Origin: an uncultured Eubacteriales bacterium
Lineage (GTDB): Bacteria; Acidobacteriota; Aminicenantia; Aminicenantales; Aminicenantaceae
DNA length: 64,000 nucleotides
Direction: 5' to 3'
Assembly: GCA_964624145.1 (NCBI GenBank)
Contig: CAZUXT010000002.1
Coordinates: 86,020 to 150,019, forward strand
Shown here: piece by piece, positions 35,843 to 46,006 of the stretch
Position numbering within the stretch: position 1 is the first letter of the stretch
Layout: the number at the start of each line of letters is the position of its first letter
The notes under the pieces: generated by a model
What the model was told of the DNA's origin: nothing
What the model saw: the letters and a program-made list of their open reading frames with translations, nothing else
Databases searched by the model: none
Made by a program: the position numbers and the translations under genes

Positions 35843-37171
35843 ATGAGACCGACAACCTGGAGAAAGATCAAGTATCATTTATGGGGGCGTGCTGTCTTCT
35901 CCAATAGATTTTATGATTTTTTTCTGAGGCCGTTTGACAGGATTTATTGTGAAGTTGTATCCACAAGGGATTTAAAAAAAGAGAGGGAGAGAGGGATCCC
36001 TATGAATAAAATATGCCAGGCATCTGATTTGAATAATCCTGAGTGGAGAGATGTCCTATCGGAATTGAAATTGAGTTTGGATGAGGCGGGTTTTCACCGT
36101 AAGGCCTGGGAACATGTGCACATCATTTTATCCGCTAAAAGAATGAAGCTTCTAACTCCGGATTCCATATGCTTGGCAGTTGGAGCGGGAAGAGAAAATC
36201 TGCTTTATTACCTGGCCTATAAGGTGAAGGAAGTCTGGGGTATCGATCTGTACAAGGGAGAATTTTTCGGGGGCGAGGATGAAGCGGATATTCCTTTGTC
36301 AACAAAGAAGTACGCACCGTTTCCCTATCCCGAAGAAAAACTAAGGCTTTTACGCATGGATGCCCTCAATCTGGAGTTTGATGACAGTACCTTTGATTTT
36401 ATTTTTTCATCATCCTCTATTGAGCACTTTGGGTCTGAAAAAGAAATCCTGAGGTCACTCAAGGAGATATACCGGGTGTTAAAACCCGGAGGAGCTGCTT
36501 TTTTAACTACGGAACTCAGGCTGAACAGGTTGGGAAGATCTATCAAGAATATTAAGGTCCTTCCTTTTCATGACCTGATTTCACTTTTCAGGGAAGCCGG
36601 GTTCTGCATCACAGACGACTTTGACCTAAGGGTTGAGAAAGAATATCTCGATGACTGGATCAAGCTTCCCGATGATGTTTTCAGAAGACCTCATGTCATA
36701 TTAAGATACTTCAATACGGTTCTGACTTCCATACATGCGGTGCTGGAAAAAGAGGGAGGGGAAGCAATCAGGGGGAATGAGACAGTGCCTTCCATCCCCG
36801 ATTTTATTTACAGAGGGGATATTTATGTTTCCGCCCCAGAAAAAAGAGTAAAAAAAAAGGAAAAAGTCACCCTTTCTATCACACTCAAAAACAGCAGTAA
36901 TTTCACCTGGGTCTCCACCGGGTACTCACACCGGATTTCACTCGGGATCAAGCTTTTCAATGCAAAAAGAGAACTGGTGGAAAGAGATTACCTGACTTTA
37001 GTCCTGCCTAAGGAAACAGCCCCGGGCGAGACCATTGAGTTCTCAGCGGAGATTACAGCTCCTTATAAAAAGGGATTTTGGATTCTTGAATTCGACCTAA
37101 AAAAAGAACTGGTTGTCTGGTTTTCCCAAAAAGGAAACCAGACCTTTGACTTAAAGCTGGAAGTAATCTAA
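35843..37171 (+). CDS. SAM-dependent methyltransferase with C-terminal beta-sandwich-like extension
   Basis: ICLAVGAGRENLLYYL (motif I-like), FDFIFSSSSIEHF, VLKPGGAAFLTTE. ATG 36002 is an alternative start. Confidence 0.65.
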   Translation: MRPTTWRKIKYHLWGRAVFSNRFYDFFLRPFDRIYCEVVSTRDLKKERERGIPMNKICQASDLNNPEWRDVLSELKLSLDEAGFHRKAWEHVHIILSAKRMKLLTPDSICLAVGAGRENLLYYLAYKVKEVWGIDLYKGEFFGGEDEADIPLSTKKYAPFPYPEEKLRLLRMDALNLEFDDSTFDFIFSSSSIEHFGSEKEILRSLKEIYRVLKPGGAAFLTTELRLNRLGRSIKNIKVLPFHDLISLFREAGFCITDDFDLRVEKEYLDDWIKLPDDVFRRPHVILRYFNTVLTSIHAVLEKEGGEAIRGNETVPSIPDFIYRGDIYVSAPEKRVKKKEKVTLSITLKNSSNFTWVSTGYSHRISLGIKLFNAKRELVERDYLTLVLPKETAPGETIEFSAEITAPYKKGFWILEFDLKKELVVWFSQKGNQTFDLKLEVI

Positions 37172-37445
37172 AAGCAGGGAAGAGGCGTTTTCACTTGTCC
37201 GATAACGGACATCTATTGTTACAACAGCGGACATCCATTTCAAGGGGTTGCCTCCTCTTTTCTCTATTACCTCCAGGAGCATTAAAGATGGCACGGTTCT
37301 TGCATTCTCATATGGCGAAAGGACGTTTTAGAATGAAGATGACGCAAAGAAATATTTCAGAAAAAGACAACTTTTTGACACCAATATACGTTTATATAGG
37401 TGACAATGAAAATAAAAATGAAAATAACCATAAGGAGAATATAAA

Positions 37446-37631
37446 ATGAAACTCAGAACAAAAGTAGCGATTTTTTTGTTAGCGTGTTTTCTTACGTTTG
37501 TCGGATTCAACTTGATTATCCCCGCAGGAGCTGTTGATATGATGAAGATTGGGAAGACTGATGGCTATAAGATCATTTCCAATGTTCTTTTTGTCAGCGC
37601 AGTGAAGGACTCCCCTTCCCTCAAAGGATGA
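37446..37631 (+). CDS. Small (61-aa) signal/TM-bearing protein
   Basis: Strong SD AAGGAG 8 nt upstream. MKLRTKVAIFLLACFLTFVGFNLIIPAGA has a hydrophobic N-terminus. Confidence 0.4.
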   Translation: MKLRTKVAIFLLACFLTFVGFNLIIPAGAVDMMKIGKTDGYKIISNVLFVSAVKDSPSLKG

Positions 37632-37653
37632 CCCCATTGCTTATCGATCACTG

Positions 37654-37695
37654 CTGGCGGAGCGCGCATTCTTCAGCTAGGGCCCTAGCCGCCAG
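37654..37695. terminator. GC-rich nested hairpin between convergent genes
   Basis: CTGGCGG (37654-37660) pairs with CCGCCAG (37689-37695). It encloses the perfect palindrome GCTAGGGCCCTAGC (37676-37689). No clear U-tract. Confidence 0.3.
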
Positions 37696-37707
37696 TAAAG
37701 ATTGTGT

Positions 37708-40700
37708 CTAAGCACTTGAGGGGAACTCAATAATCCAGGCTGTTCCTTTATCTCTTACTAATTTGATCGTTCCTTGTATCTGCTGGACAAGTCCGGTTAC
37801 GAGCTGCATGCCTAACGAAGTGGTTCTTCGAAAATCGATATTGTCAGGAAATCCCACTCCTGTATCCCGGATTTCGAGCACATGAAGGCCTTTACTGTCC
37901 GTATGCATATGGATGAAGATTTTTCCGCTTCGATTATCGGGGAAAGCGTGTTTGAGAGAATTGGATATGAGCTCATTGATGATTAGTCCCAAGGGGATCG
38001 ATCTATGAATATCCAGAAAGACATCTCCTATGTCCTGAACCATACGAACCTGGTCTTTATCAATACCATAGCTTGATATAAGTATATTTGTAAGATTTTT
38101 TATATATTCGGAAAAATTGATTTGCGACAGGTCTCCTGATTTATAAAGACTCTCGTGGATCAGAGACATGGATTTGATCCGGTTCTGGCTCTCCGAGAAC
38201 ATTTTTATTAGTTTCTCGTCTTTGATTTGAGAAGCCTGCAGGCTGAGAAGGCTGGATATGATTTGCATATTGTTTTTCACTCTGTGATGTATCTCTTTAA
38301 GAAGAACTTCTTTTTCGGCAAGTGATGATTTAAGTTTTTCTCCCCTGTCTTTTAAAGCCTTTTCAGCCTTTTGTCTTATTTCTATTTCTTTTTTTAGCTC
38401 TGTATTGGTTTTGTTTAGTTCTGATGTGCGTTCATTGACTTTTTTTTGAAGAATTTTGGCCTGCCTTCGTATAGTGTGAGTTCTTGCAACATAAGCAAGA
38501 AGGACCAGGCCAATAAAAGCTGTCATGATCACTAACTGGAACCAGATGGTTTTCCTGAATGGAGGAGTGACGGTGATTTTTAAGGAGACTCCTTTTTCAT
38601 TCCAGACATTGTCGTTATTGGAAGCCTTGACTTTGAACATATGTTTTCCCGGAGGAAGGTTCGAATAAACAGCAAAAGGCCTGTTCCCGATATGATTCCA
38701 TTCCTTATCAAAACCCTCCATGATGTAGGCATATTCGTTTTTTTGCGGATTTATATAATTCAAAGCCGCAAAATCAAAGCTGACCACACGGTCTTTATGG
38801 GAAAGTCTCATCTCTTTTGTTTCTGTGATGGATTTTTCCAGTATCAGGCGACCGTCCGGTCCTTCTCCAACAGGAACGGGATGATTGGATATCCTAAAAT
38901 CAGTGATCACTACAGGGGGAATATAGGGATTGTCTTTGATTTGACGCGGATAAAACCTGTTGAATCCATTGATCGTACCAAAAAACATCTCTCCGCTTGC
39001 GCTCTTATAATAAGATCCGCCCCAGAATTCGTTGCCTAAAAGGCCGTCACTTGTATCATAATTTTTAAAGGTTTCAGTTTTTTTATTGAATTTAGACAAT
39101 CCTTTGTTTGTACTCAACCAGAGGTTATTTTCTTCGTCTTCCAGGATCCCATAGATTGTATTGCTGGAAAGTCCATCCTCTTCAGTGTAATGGACAAATC
39201 TTTCGTTTTCAGGGTCGAATTTATTGAGCCCTCCGCCTAATGTCCCGATCCACAAGACTCCGGTTTTATCTTCGTGGATGGATACAGCATAATCAGTATT
39301 CAGGCTATAAGGATCGCTAGCATCGCTTGTGAAACGGGTAAAAATCTCTTTTTCAGGGTCAAATTTATTAAGCCCCCCGCCTAATGTCCCGATCCAGATC
39401 ATTTTATTCTTATCCTGATAGAGATCATAGGTATAATCAGTGCTTATACTGTGAGGATTTCCTGATTCATAAAGATAATGATCGAATTGTTTTGTTTCAG
39501 GATCGAATTTATTGAGGCCCCCGCCATTTGTAGCGATCCAGAGAATTCCTGATTCGCTTTTTAGGATATCTCTTATATTGTTGCTGCTTATGCTGTGAGG
39601 ATTTCCGGGGTCATTTAAGTATCGAATGAATATCTCTTTCTGTGGATCAAAGTGATTGAGTCCCCCTCCGTCCGTGCCGATCCAGAGAGACCCCTCGCCT
39701 CCATCACAGATTGATCTTACATAGTCGTTGCTCAGGCTGTGAGGGTTGTTGGGGTCGTGTTTGTAGAGTTCGAATTTTTTTGTCTTTGGGTCGAGCTTAT
39801 TAAGCCCACCACCATTTGTCCCTACCCAGAGGATTCCTTCCCTGTCTTCATAAAAGGAAAGAGCGTCATTACTGCTCAGGCTGCTGGGATCGTTGGGATC
39901 AGCCTGATATCCTCTGAATTGTTTGGTAAAAGGAGATAACTGATTGATTCCCCCGCCATAGGTTCCGATCCAGATGATACCCAGACTATCTTCATAGATA
40001 GCCTGGATGTAATTGTTGCTCAGACAGGCAGGATGAGCCGGCATATTTTTGTATCTTTGGAATTTTTTGGTTTGGGTATTGAGATGATTAAGCCCGTTTT
40101 TGGTTCCTACCCATATATTTCCCTTCTGGTCTTCACATAAATAAGTGATAAAGTTATGGCTTAAGCTGGAAGGATCCTTTGGATTATGGAAATAATGCCA
40201 AAATTTCTTTTCTTTGGCATCATACTGATTAAGCCCGTTTTCCGTACCTATCCATAACTGACCCGTGTGCGTTTTATGGATGAAAGTGATTTGGTCGCAG
40301 CTGATGCTGGAGGGATCATCAGGAGGTTGGGGATAATGGGTAAAGGTCCCAGTGGACCTATTGAGAAGAAAGAGCCCTCTCTCAGTGCCGATCCATATAT
40401 TTCCTTCGTCATCCTCGCATATAGAACTTATTTTTTGGCTGGTCACCCTATCTTGACCCTTTAGATTTTGTTTGAAAGAAAGGAACTGACTTTTGCCGGG
40501 GTCAAAGCGGTTGAGTCCTTTTTCCGTCCCGATCCAGAGGATTCCTTCCCTGTCTTCATACACACAGTGGATATGATTATGATTGAGACCGATCTGTTCT
40601 TGGGGATTACGATAATAATGGATAAATTGCTCTTTTTCAGGATCATACTGATTAAGCCCGTTTTCTGTCCCGATCCATAGATTTCCAGAGCTATCTTCAC

Positions 40701-41025
40701 AAAGAGAGGTAATGTAGATGGATGTAAGATAGATGGCACTGGCACTATCGGCAGAGCCGGTATTCGTCTTGTGAATTTCAAATCGGTGGCCGTCGTATCG
40801 ATTCAGTCCGTTTTGAGTACCGAACCACATAAAGCCTTTTTTATCCTGCAGTATGCAGGTAACTGTGTTTTGGGAAAGACCGTCTTCAATAGTCAGCCTG
40901 TGGAATCTGAGGTCAACTCCTTGTCCGTTAACGGAAGCGGAGGAGGCTGAAATAAAGAGAAACAGGGTAATCCCCCATATAAGTGATGAGGCATATCGAG
41001 ATGAACGCTTTGTTTTTATTTTCAT
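37708..41025 (-). CDS. Sensor histidine kinase with periplasmic two-component-regulator propeller repeats (Reg_prop/Y_Y_Y) and HisKA_2-type kinase
   Basis: Many repeats of the G(I/L)WIGTxxGLNxFD type, one TM, then [25 protein letters not shown] (HisKA_2 H-box) and an HATPase_c domain ([17 protein letters not shown]). ATG 41025 gives a signal-like N-terminus; the track start at 41148 is TTG. Confidence 0.85.
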   Translation of the reverse strand: MKIKTKRSSRYASSLIWGITLFLFISASSASVNGQGVDLRFHRLTIEDGLSQNTVTCILQDKKGFMWFGTQNGLNRYDGHRFEIHKTNTGSADSASAIYLTSIYITSLCEDSSGNLWIGTENGLNQYDPEKEQFIHYYRNPQEQIGLNHNHIHCVYEDREGILWIGTEKGLNRFDPGKSQFLSFKQNLKGQDRVTSQKISSICEDDEGNIWIGTERGLFLLNRSTGTFTHYPQPPDDPSSISCDQITFIHKTHTGQLWIGTENGLNQYDAKEKKFWHYFHNPKDPSSLSHNFITYLCEDQKGNIWVGTKNGLNHLNTQTKKFQRYKNMPAHPACLSNNYIQAIYEDSLGIIWIGTYGGGINQLSPFTKQFRGYQADPNDPSSLSSNDALSFYEDREGILWVGTNGGGLNKLDPKTKKFELYKHDPNNPHSLSNDYVRSICDGGEGSLWIGTDGGGLNHFDPQKEIFIRYLNDPGNPHSISSNNIRDILKSESGILWIATNGGGLNKFDPETKQFDHYLYESGNPHSISTDYTYDLYQDKNKMIWIGTLGGGLNKFDPEKEIFTRFTSDASDPYSLNTDYAVSIHEDKTGVLWIGTLGGGLNKFDPENERFVHYTEEDGLSSNTIYGILEDEENNLWLSTNKGLSKFNKKTETFKNYDTSDGLLGNEFWGGSYYKSASGEMFFGTINGFNRFYPRQIKDNPYIPPVVITDFRISNHPVPVGEGPDGRLILEKSITETKEMRLSHKDRVVSFDFAALNYINPQKNEYAYIMEGFDKEWNHIGNRPFAVYSNLPPGKHMFKVKASNNDNVWNEKGVSLKITVTPPFRKTIWFQLVIMTAFIGLVLLAYVARTHTIRRQAKILQKKVNERTSELNKTNTELKKEIEIRQKAEKALKDRGEKLKSSLAEKEVLLKEIHHRVKNNMQIISSLLSLQASQIKDEKLIKMFSESQNRIKSMSLIHESLYKSGDLSQINFSEYIKNLTNILISSYGIDKDQVRMVQDIGDVFLDIHRSIPLGLIINELISNSLKHAFPDNRSGKIFIHMHTDSKGLHVLEIRDTGVGFPDNIDFRRTTSLGMQLVTGLVQQIQGTIKLVRDKGTAWIIEFPSSA

Positions 41026-41164
41026 AACCCTATAAATATCATAAAGAGAAATGGTATTCAATCTCCATTCTTTCTTGAATAAAATAAGGAGCACACAAAC
41101 GCGTGATTGCTCCCTGCAGGAGTTTATGATATAAACAAATGAAAGCAAATTTTAGGAGGTTTTT

Positions 41165-44047
41165 ATGCACGTGAAGGATAGATATTTAGTGGCTTTGGTT
41201 ATGACTTTTTTTCTGTTAACAAGCGTTACATGGTCCCAGCAGAAAAAGCCCTTGACTCATGATGTCTATGATTCATGGAGGGCTGTTTACCAATCGTCTA
41301 TATCACCTGATGGAAACTGGATATTGTATCTGGAAACACCCCAGGATGGGGAGGCAGAAGTGGTTGTTATCAGACTATCAGGAGTTAAGGAAATGCGCCA
41401 CACTATAGGCTATTCAGGAGAGGGAACCGATTCAGAAAGAGCGGCTGAAGCTCATTTCAGTTATGATTGCACGCATGTGGTTTTTTTGATTTCTCCTTCC
41501 AAGGAAGAAATAGAGAAAGCAAAAGAAAAGAAGAAAGAGAAAAAGAAAGAGCCCAAGAAAAAATTAGGGATTATGAATCTGTCGGAAGGGGAGACAGATG
41601 TTATAGAAAGAGCCAAAAGTTTTAAGCTTCCCGAGGAAGCTGGAGGTTGGGTCGCTTATCTAATGGAGGCACCGGAAAAAGAGGAAAAAGAACAGGAAGA
41701 AAAGAAGGAAGAAAAGCAACAGGAGGGGGAGAAAAAGGAGGAACAGGAAGAAGAGGAAGAGGAAAAGAAAGAGAAAGAATACGGAACTCCCCTTGTTCTG
41801 CGTTCTCTTGAGGACGGGAGTGAAGTCACAATTGATTCGGTTATGGAATACCGGTTTACCAAAGACGGGGAATACCTCATTTATACGGTTTCCAGCGAGG
41901 AAAAGCCTGAAACCGATGGGATCTATATCTTAAAACCCGGTCGGGGCAGTGGAGTTCCTCTTTTAACAGGGGAAGGAAACTACAAAAAATTGGCTATGGA
42001 TGAAGAGGAGACCCGTCTTGCATTTTTAACGGACAGGGATGATTACGAGGCTGATGAGCCCACATTCAATTTATACGGATGGGATGTGGGAAAAGAAGAG
42101 GCTGTCCTGTGGGTCTCACACACATCCACTCCTGATTTTCCTGAGGGGATGGCTGTCAGCGATAAGTCCGATGTATCTTTCACTGAAGACGGAGGCATCG
42201 TGATGTTTGGGATCAAAGAGATTCCGGAAGCCAAAGATGATGATGAGGAAAAAGAGGAGGAAGAGGCTCAATTTGACCTCTGGCACTGGGATGACCCTTT
42301 GCCACAGCCCCAGCAGAAACAAATGGAAGAGGAAGTGCGCAGCAACACCTGGGAATCTGTGTATCACTTGAAAAGCAAAAAATTTGTGAAACTCGCTGAT
42401 GAAGAAATTCCGGATGTCAGGATCTCAGATAACGGTAAAACAGCGTTTGGACAGACTTTTTGGCCTTATGCCAAGCGTATCGCCTACGTTGGTTCTTTTT
42501 ATGACGTTTATGTCATCCATCCTCACACAGGGGAAAAGACCCTTGTCAAAAAGGAACTTTATTTTGATGCCCGCTTGTCTCCTGAAGGCCGGTATGTTTA
42601 CTGGTTTGATGAGGATAAGGACTGGCATATCTATGATATTGCCTCAGAAACAGTAAAAAATGTGACTAAAGATATAGAGGTGCCTTTCGAGATGCAGGAT
42701 TGGGATACACCCAGCCTCCCGTATCCTTATGGCGTAGCTGGCTGGACAGAAGGCGATAGCTCTATTCTGATTTATGACCAGTATGACATTTGGCAGATTG
42801 ACCCGGACGGCTCTAACGCCCGTATGGTCACAGAAGGATTCGGGAGAGAAAACAACCTGTCTTTCCGTTATATCAGGCTTGACCCTGAGGAAAAGGCCAT
42901 TGATGCGGACGAGACGCTTCTTTTCAGGGTAACCAATGAAGAAACCATGGCCACAGGATTTTACTCGGACCGGGTCAAAGGCACAAAACAGCCCAGAAAA
43001 CTTCTTATGGATGATAAGTATTTGGGATATCCCAGAAAAGCGGAGAATTCAGATACCCTGATCTTCAACAGGATGGCGTTTGATGAATATCCGGACGTTT
43101 GGATCAGTGACATGAATTTTTCAAACCTCCAGAAAATCACTGACCTGGGACGGCAGATGGAGCCCTATATTTGGGGAAAAGCAGGGCTGAGGGATTTTAA
43201 AAATTCAGACGGCATGCCGTTAAAAGGGATACTGATCAAGCCGGATGATTTTGATCCGGGTAAAAAGTATCCTTTGATGGTCTATATTTACGAAACCCTC
43301 CATTATGGGCTTCACTACTACCGCCATCCTTCCCCCGGGACATCCATAAATATGCCGTATTATGTGAGCAACGGATACATCATCTGGATGCCCGATATCG
43401 AATACCACACAGGTTACCCGGGTAAGGATGCCTTGAAATGCGTGCTTCCGGGAATCCAGATGCTGGTAGGGGAAGGATACATAGATCCGGATGCCATCGG
43501 GATCCAGGGCCATTCATGGGGCGGTTACCAGATTTCCTACATGATCACCCAGACCAATATTTTTGCTGCTGCCGAAGGCGGGGCTCCTGTGTCAAATATG
43601 ATCTCAGCTTACAATGGAATCCGATGGGCAAGCGGCATGGTCAGGCAGTTCCAGTACGAACACACACAGAGCCGCATAGGGGGTTCTATCTGGGAATATC
43701 CTTTCCGCTATATAGAGAATTCTCCCATTTTCTGGGCGGATAAGATACAGACCCCCATCATGTTCATGCATAATGATGCGGATGGGGCGGTTCCCTGGTA
43801 TCAAGGCATAGAATTCATCATGGCGCTCCGCAGGCTTGAAAAAGAAGCCTATATGTTCAACTACAACGGAGAACCGCATGGGCTCCGCAAAAGAGCTAAC
43901 CAGAAAGACTGGACCATCCGCATGCAGGAATTTTTCGATCACCACCTCAAAGGCGCCCCTATGCCCGACTGGATGAAAAACGGAATCAAAGCCTGGGAAA
44001 AAGAAAAAGATGAATCCAAAAGCTCAAAGAAGGATCATCGTGAATAA
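41165..44047 (+). CDS. S9-family serine peptidase (beta-propeller + prolyl-oligopeptidase-type catalytic domain) with E/K-rich insertions
   Basis: AGGAGG SD and a signal peptide. Catalytic GHSWGGY, with downstream D (HNDADGAV) and H (GEPHGL). Low-complexity KEKKKEKKKEPKKK and EKEEKEQEEKKEEKQQEGEKKEEQEEEEEEKKEKE. Confidence 0.85.
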   Translation: MHVKDRYLVALVMTFFLLTSVTWSQQKKPLTHDVYDSWRAVYQSSISPDGNWILYLETPQDGEAEVVVIRLSGVKEMRHTIGYSGEGTDSERAAEAHFSYDCTHVVFLISPSKEEIEKAKEKKKEKKKEPKKKLGIMNLSEGETDVIERAKSFKLPEEAGGWVAYLMEAPEKEEKEQEEKKEEKQQEGEKKEEQEEEEEEKKEKEYGTPLVLRSLEDGSEVTIDSVMEYRFTKDGEYLIYTVSSEEKPETDGIYILKPGRGSGVPLLTGEGNYKKLAMDEEETRLAFLTDRDDYEADEPTFNLYGWDVGKEEAVLWVSHTSTPDFPEGMAVSDKSDVSFTEDGGIVMFGIKEIPEAKDDDEEKEEEEAQFDLWHWDDPLPQPQQKQMEEEVRSNTWESVYHLKSKKFVKLADEEIPDVRISDNGKTAFGQTFWPYAKRIAYVGSFYDVYVIHPHTGEKTLVKKELYFDARLSPEGRYVYWFDEDKDWHIYDIASETVKNVTKDIEVPFEMQDWDTPSLPYPYGVAGWTEGDSSILIYDQYDIWQIDPDGSNARMVTEGFGRENNLSFRYIRLDPEEKAIDADETLLFRVTNEETMATGFYSDRVKGTKQPRKLLMDDKYLGYPRKAENSDTLIFNRMAFDEYPDVWISDMNFSNLQKITDLGRQMEPYIWGKAGLRDFKNSDGMPLKGILIKPDDFDPGKKYPLMVYIYETLHYGLHYYRHPSPGTSINMPYYVSNGYIIWMPDIEYHTGYPGKDALKCVLPGIQMLVGEGYIDPDAIGIQGHSWGGYQISYMITQTNIFAAAEGGAPVSNMISAYNGIRWASGMVRQFQYEHTQSRIGGSIWEYPFRYIENSPIFWADKIQTPIMFMHNDADGAVPWYQGIEFIMALRRLEKEAYMFNYNGEPHGLRKRANQKDWTIRMQEFFDHHLKGAPMPDWMKNGIKAWEKEKDESKSSKKDHRE

Positions 44048-44282
44048 TCCATTACAGAGAAAAGGCGCTGTCTTCATTGCCATACTGCTTCTTGGAGCAG
44101 CCCCCGGGATATTTTAGGGGAGAACACATCCCAGCTCCTACTGTTGCCGAACAGTTTAAGGAGGTTTTATCCGACTACACCCGCTGATCCGAGTGAGTTA
44201 CGAGAGGGAGTTGGTCGTATAGAGAGAGGTTTTGCGCGGCAAAGTTGTAATATAAAATAAATGAGTCGAAAGGAGGGGATTT

Positions 44283-44813
44283 ATGAAGCCAAGAGGCCCC
44301 TTGATGATCGAACACCGTCTTATCGAAAAAATGATATCTCTTATTGAAGAGGAAGTATCCAGAATAGAGGAAACAGAAAAAGTAAACCCTGAGTTTATTG
44401 ATACAGCTGTTGATTTTATCCGTATTTATGCGGATAAGACCCATCACGGAAAAGAGGAAGAGATTCTGTTTCGTGAATGCGAAAAGAAAAACATGTCTGA
44501 TGAGGACCAGAAGCTTATGGAAGAGCTTATCCAGGAGCATAAATTCGGAAGAGAGGTCGTGGCCAAGCTGATGGGAGCTAAAAATCTTTATGTAAAAGAC
44601 GGAAGCGGTTTAGAAGCCTTAAAAGATAGACTCAATACCCTGGTCGATTTTTATCCCAAACACATAAAAAAAGAAGATGATGTTTTTTTCCCAAATTCTG
44701 AAAAATACTTTTCAGAAGAGGAACAGCAGGCCATGCTTAAAGAATTCTGGGATTTTGACAAGGAAATGATCCATGAAAAATATAAAATGGTTATCGAGCA
44801 GTTTAAAGAATAG
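44283..44813 (+). CDS. Hemerythrin-like (HHE cation-binding) domain protein
   Basis: PLMIEHRLIEK..., YADKTHHGKEEEILF, HKFGRE and KHIKKEDDVFFP are histidine/acidic spacings typical of hemerythrin-like domains. Confidence 0.65.
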   Translation: MKPRGPLMIEHRLIEKMISLIEEEVSRIEETEKVNPEFIDTAVDFIRIYADKTHHGKEEEILFRECEKKNMSDEDQKLMEELIQEHKFGREVVAKLMGAKNLYVKDGSGLEALKDRLNTLVDFYPKHIKKEDDVFFPNSEKYFSEEEQQAMLKEFWDFDKEMIHEKYKMVIEQFKE

Positions 44814-44816
44814 CGA

Positions 44817-45971
44817 TTGAATCAGGAAAATCCTTTGTGTGCAGATATTTATAAAAAGCTTGCCCTCCATCTGGATGATCTCCCGGGGGGTTATCCTGAG
44901 ACCGAGAATGGAGTTGAGCTCCGTATTCTGCGGAGGATGTTCACTCCGAAGGAAGCCCGGCTGGCCCTCAAGCTTACTTTAATCCCAGAAGAATTGGATG
45001 TGATTGCCCGGCGCGCAGAACTTCCCAAAGAACAGGTTTCCCGTCAGCTTGAAAATATGGCCAAAAAAGGCCTTATTTATCGTTTGAAACGAAAAGGACG
45101 TCCGGTTCGTTTTATGGCTGTTCAGTTTGTCATCGGTATATGGGAGCTTCATGTTAATGATCTGGATCCACAACTTATCAAGGATTTTAACGAATATGTT
45201 CCAGTGCTGTTAAATTTCGACGAATGGAAAAAAGCTCCCCTACTCCGTACTATTCCTGTTGAACAGAGCATAGATTATAATTTAAAGGTCCTTGTTTATG
45301 AAGATGCGTTCGAACTCATTGATAAAAACTCTAAATTTCTGGAAGCTCCCTGTATCTGCAGGAGAGAGCGCCGCATCATGGGCGAGGGCTGTGATAAACC
45401 AGAGGGGAATTGCCTTGTCATGGGAGTCGGAGTTGATATATACAAAAATGCAGGAATCGGAAAAGAGATTGAAAAAAACAAAGCAAAGGAACTCATAAAA
45501 AAAGCAGATGAGGCCGGACTTGTGCTTCAGGCCAGCTTTTCGAAAAAAATTGCTAATATCTGCTGCTGCTGTGGATGCTGCTGTCAGGTACTTAGAAACC
45601 TGAAGAGACACCCATCCCCTGCAGATCTGGTGGCATCGCCTTTTTTTGCTCAGCTGGACCAGGACTTGTGCACGGGATGCGGAGATTGTGTGGAGAGATG
45701 CCAGATGGACGCGCTTGAGTTAAATCATAATAAAGCCGTCTTGGAAGAGAATAAATGTATTGGATGCGGTCTCTGTGTTTCTACATGTCCCACTAATGCC
45801 TTGACCCTTAAAAGAAAACCAGGCCCTGAAAAGCCCAAAGTCCCTGAAAAGTTAACCAGCGCTGCGGTTAAAAGACTTCGGGTAAGAGGAAAAATCGGTC
45901 TCGGAAAAGTCAGCTCACTCATATTGCGTTCCAAGAAAGACCGGTTCTTATCCAAGGGGCTTAATAAATAA
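44817..45971 (+). CDS. 4Fe-4S dicluster-domain protein with Cys-rich CCCCGCCC segment
   Basis: CTGCGDCVERC and CIGCGLCVSTCP ferredoxin motifs, with upstream CICRRE...C and ICCCCGCCCQVL. TTG start 4 nt after the hemerythrin stop. Confidence 0.7.
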   Translation: MNQENPLCADIYKKLALHLDDLPGGYPETENGVELRILRRMFTPKEARLALKLTLIPEELDVIARRAELPKEQVSRQLENMAKKGLIYRLKRKGRPVRFMAVQFVIGIWELHVNDLDPQLIKDFNEYVPVLLNFDEWKKAPLLRTIPVEQSIDYNLKVLVYEDAFELIDKNSKFLEAPCICRRERRIMGEGCDKPEGNCLVMGVGVDIYKNAGIGKEIEKNKAKELIKKADEAGLVLQASFSKKIANICCCCGCCCQVLRNLKRHPSPADLVASPFFAQLDQDLCTGCGDCVERCQMDALELNHNKAVLEENKCIGCGLCVSTCPTNALTLKRKPGPEKPKVPEKLTSAAVKRLRVRGKIGLGKVSSLILRSKKDRFLSKGLNK

Positions 45972-46006
45972 TGTGAATGGTTCAAGCTCAATAATTATAA
46001 TCAGTT

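Noticed and set aside
41660-41790. GAA/AAG-rich repetitive tract, considered as a microsatellite or array
   Set aside because: It is an imperfect, in-frame coding low-complexity stretch inside the S9 peptidase, with no repeat-spacer structure.
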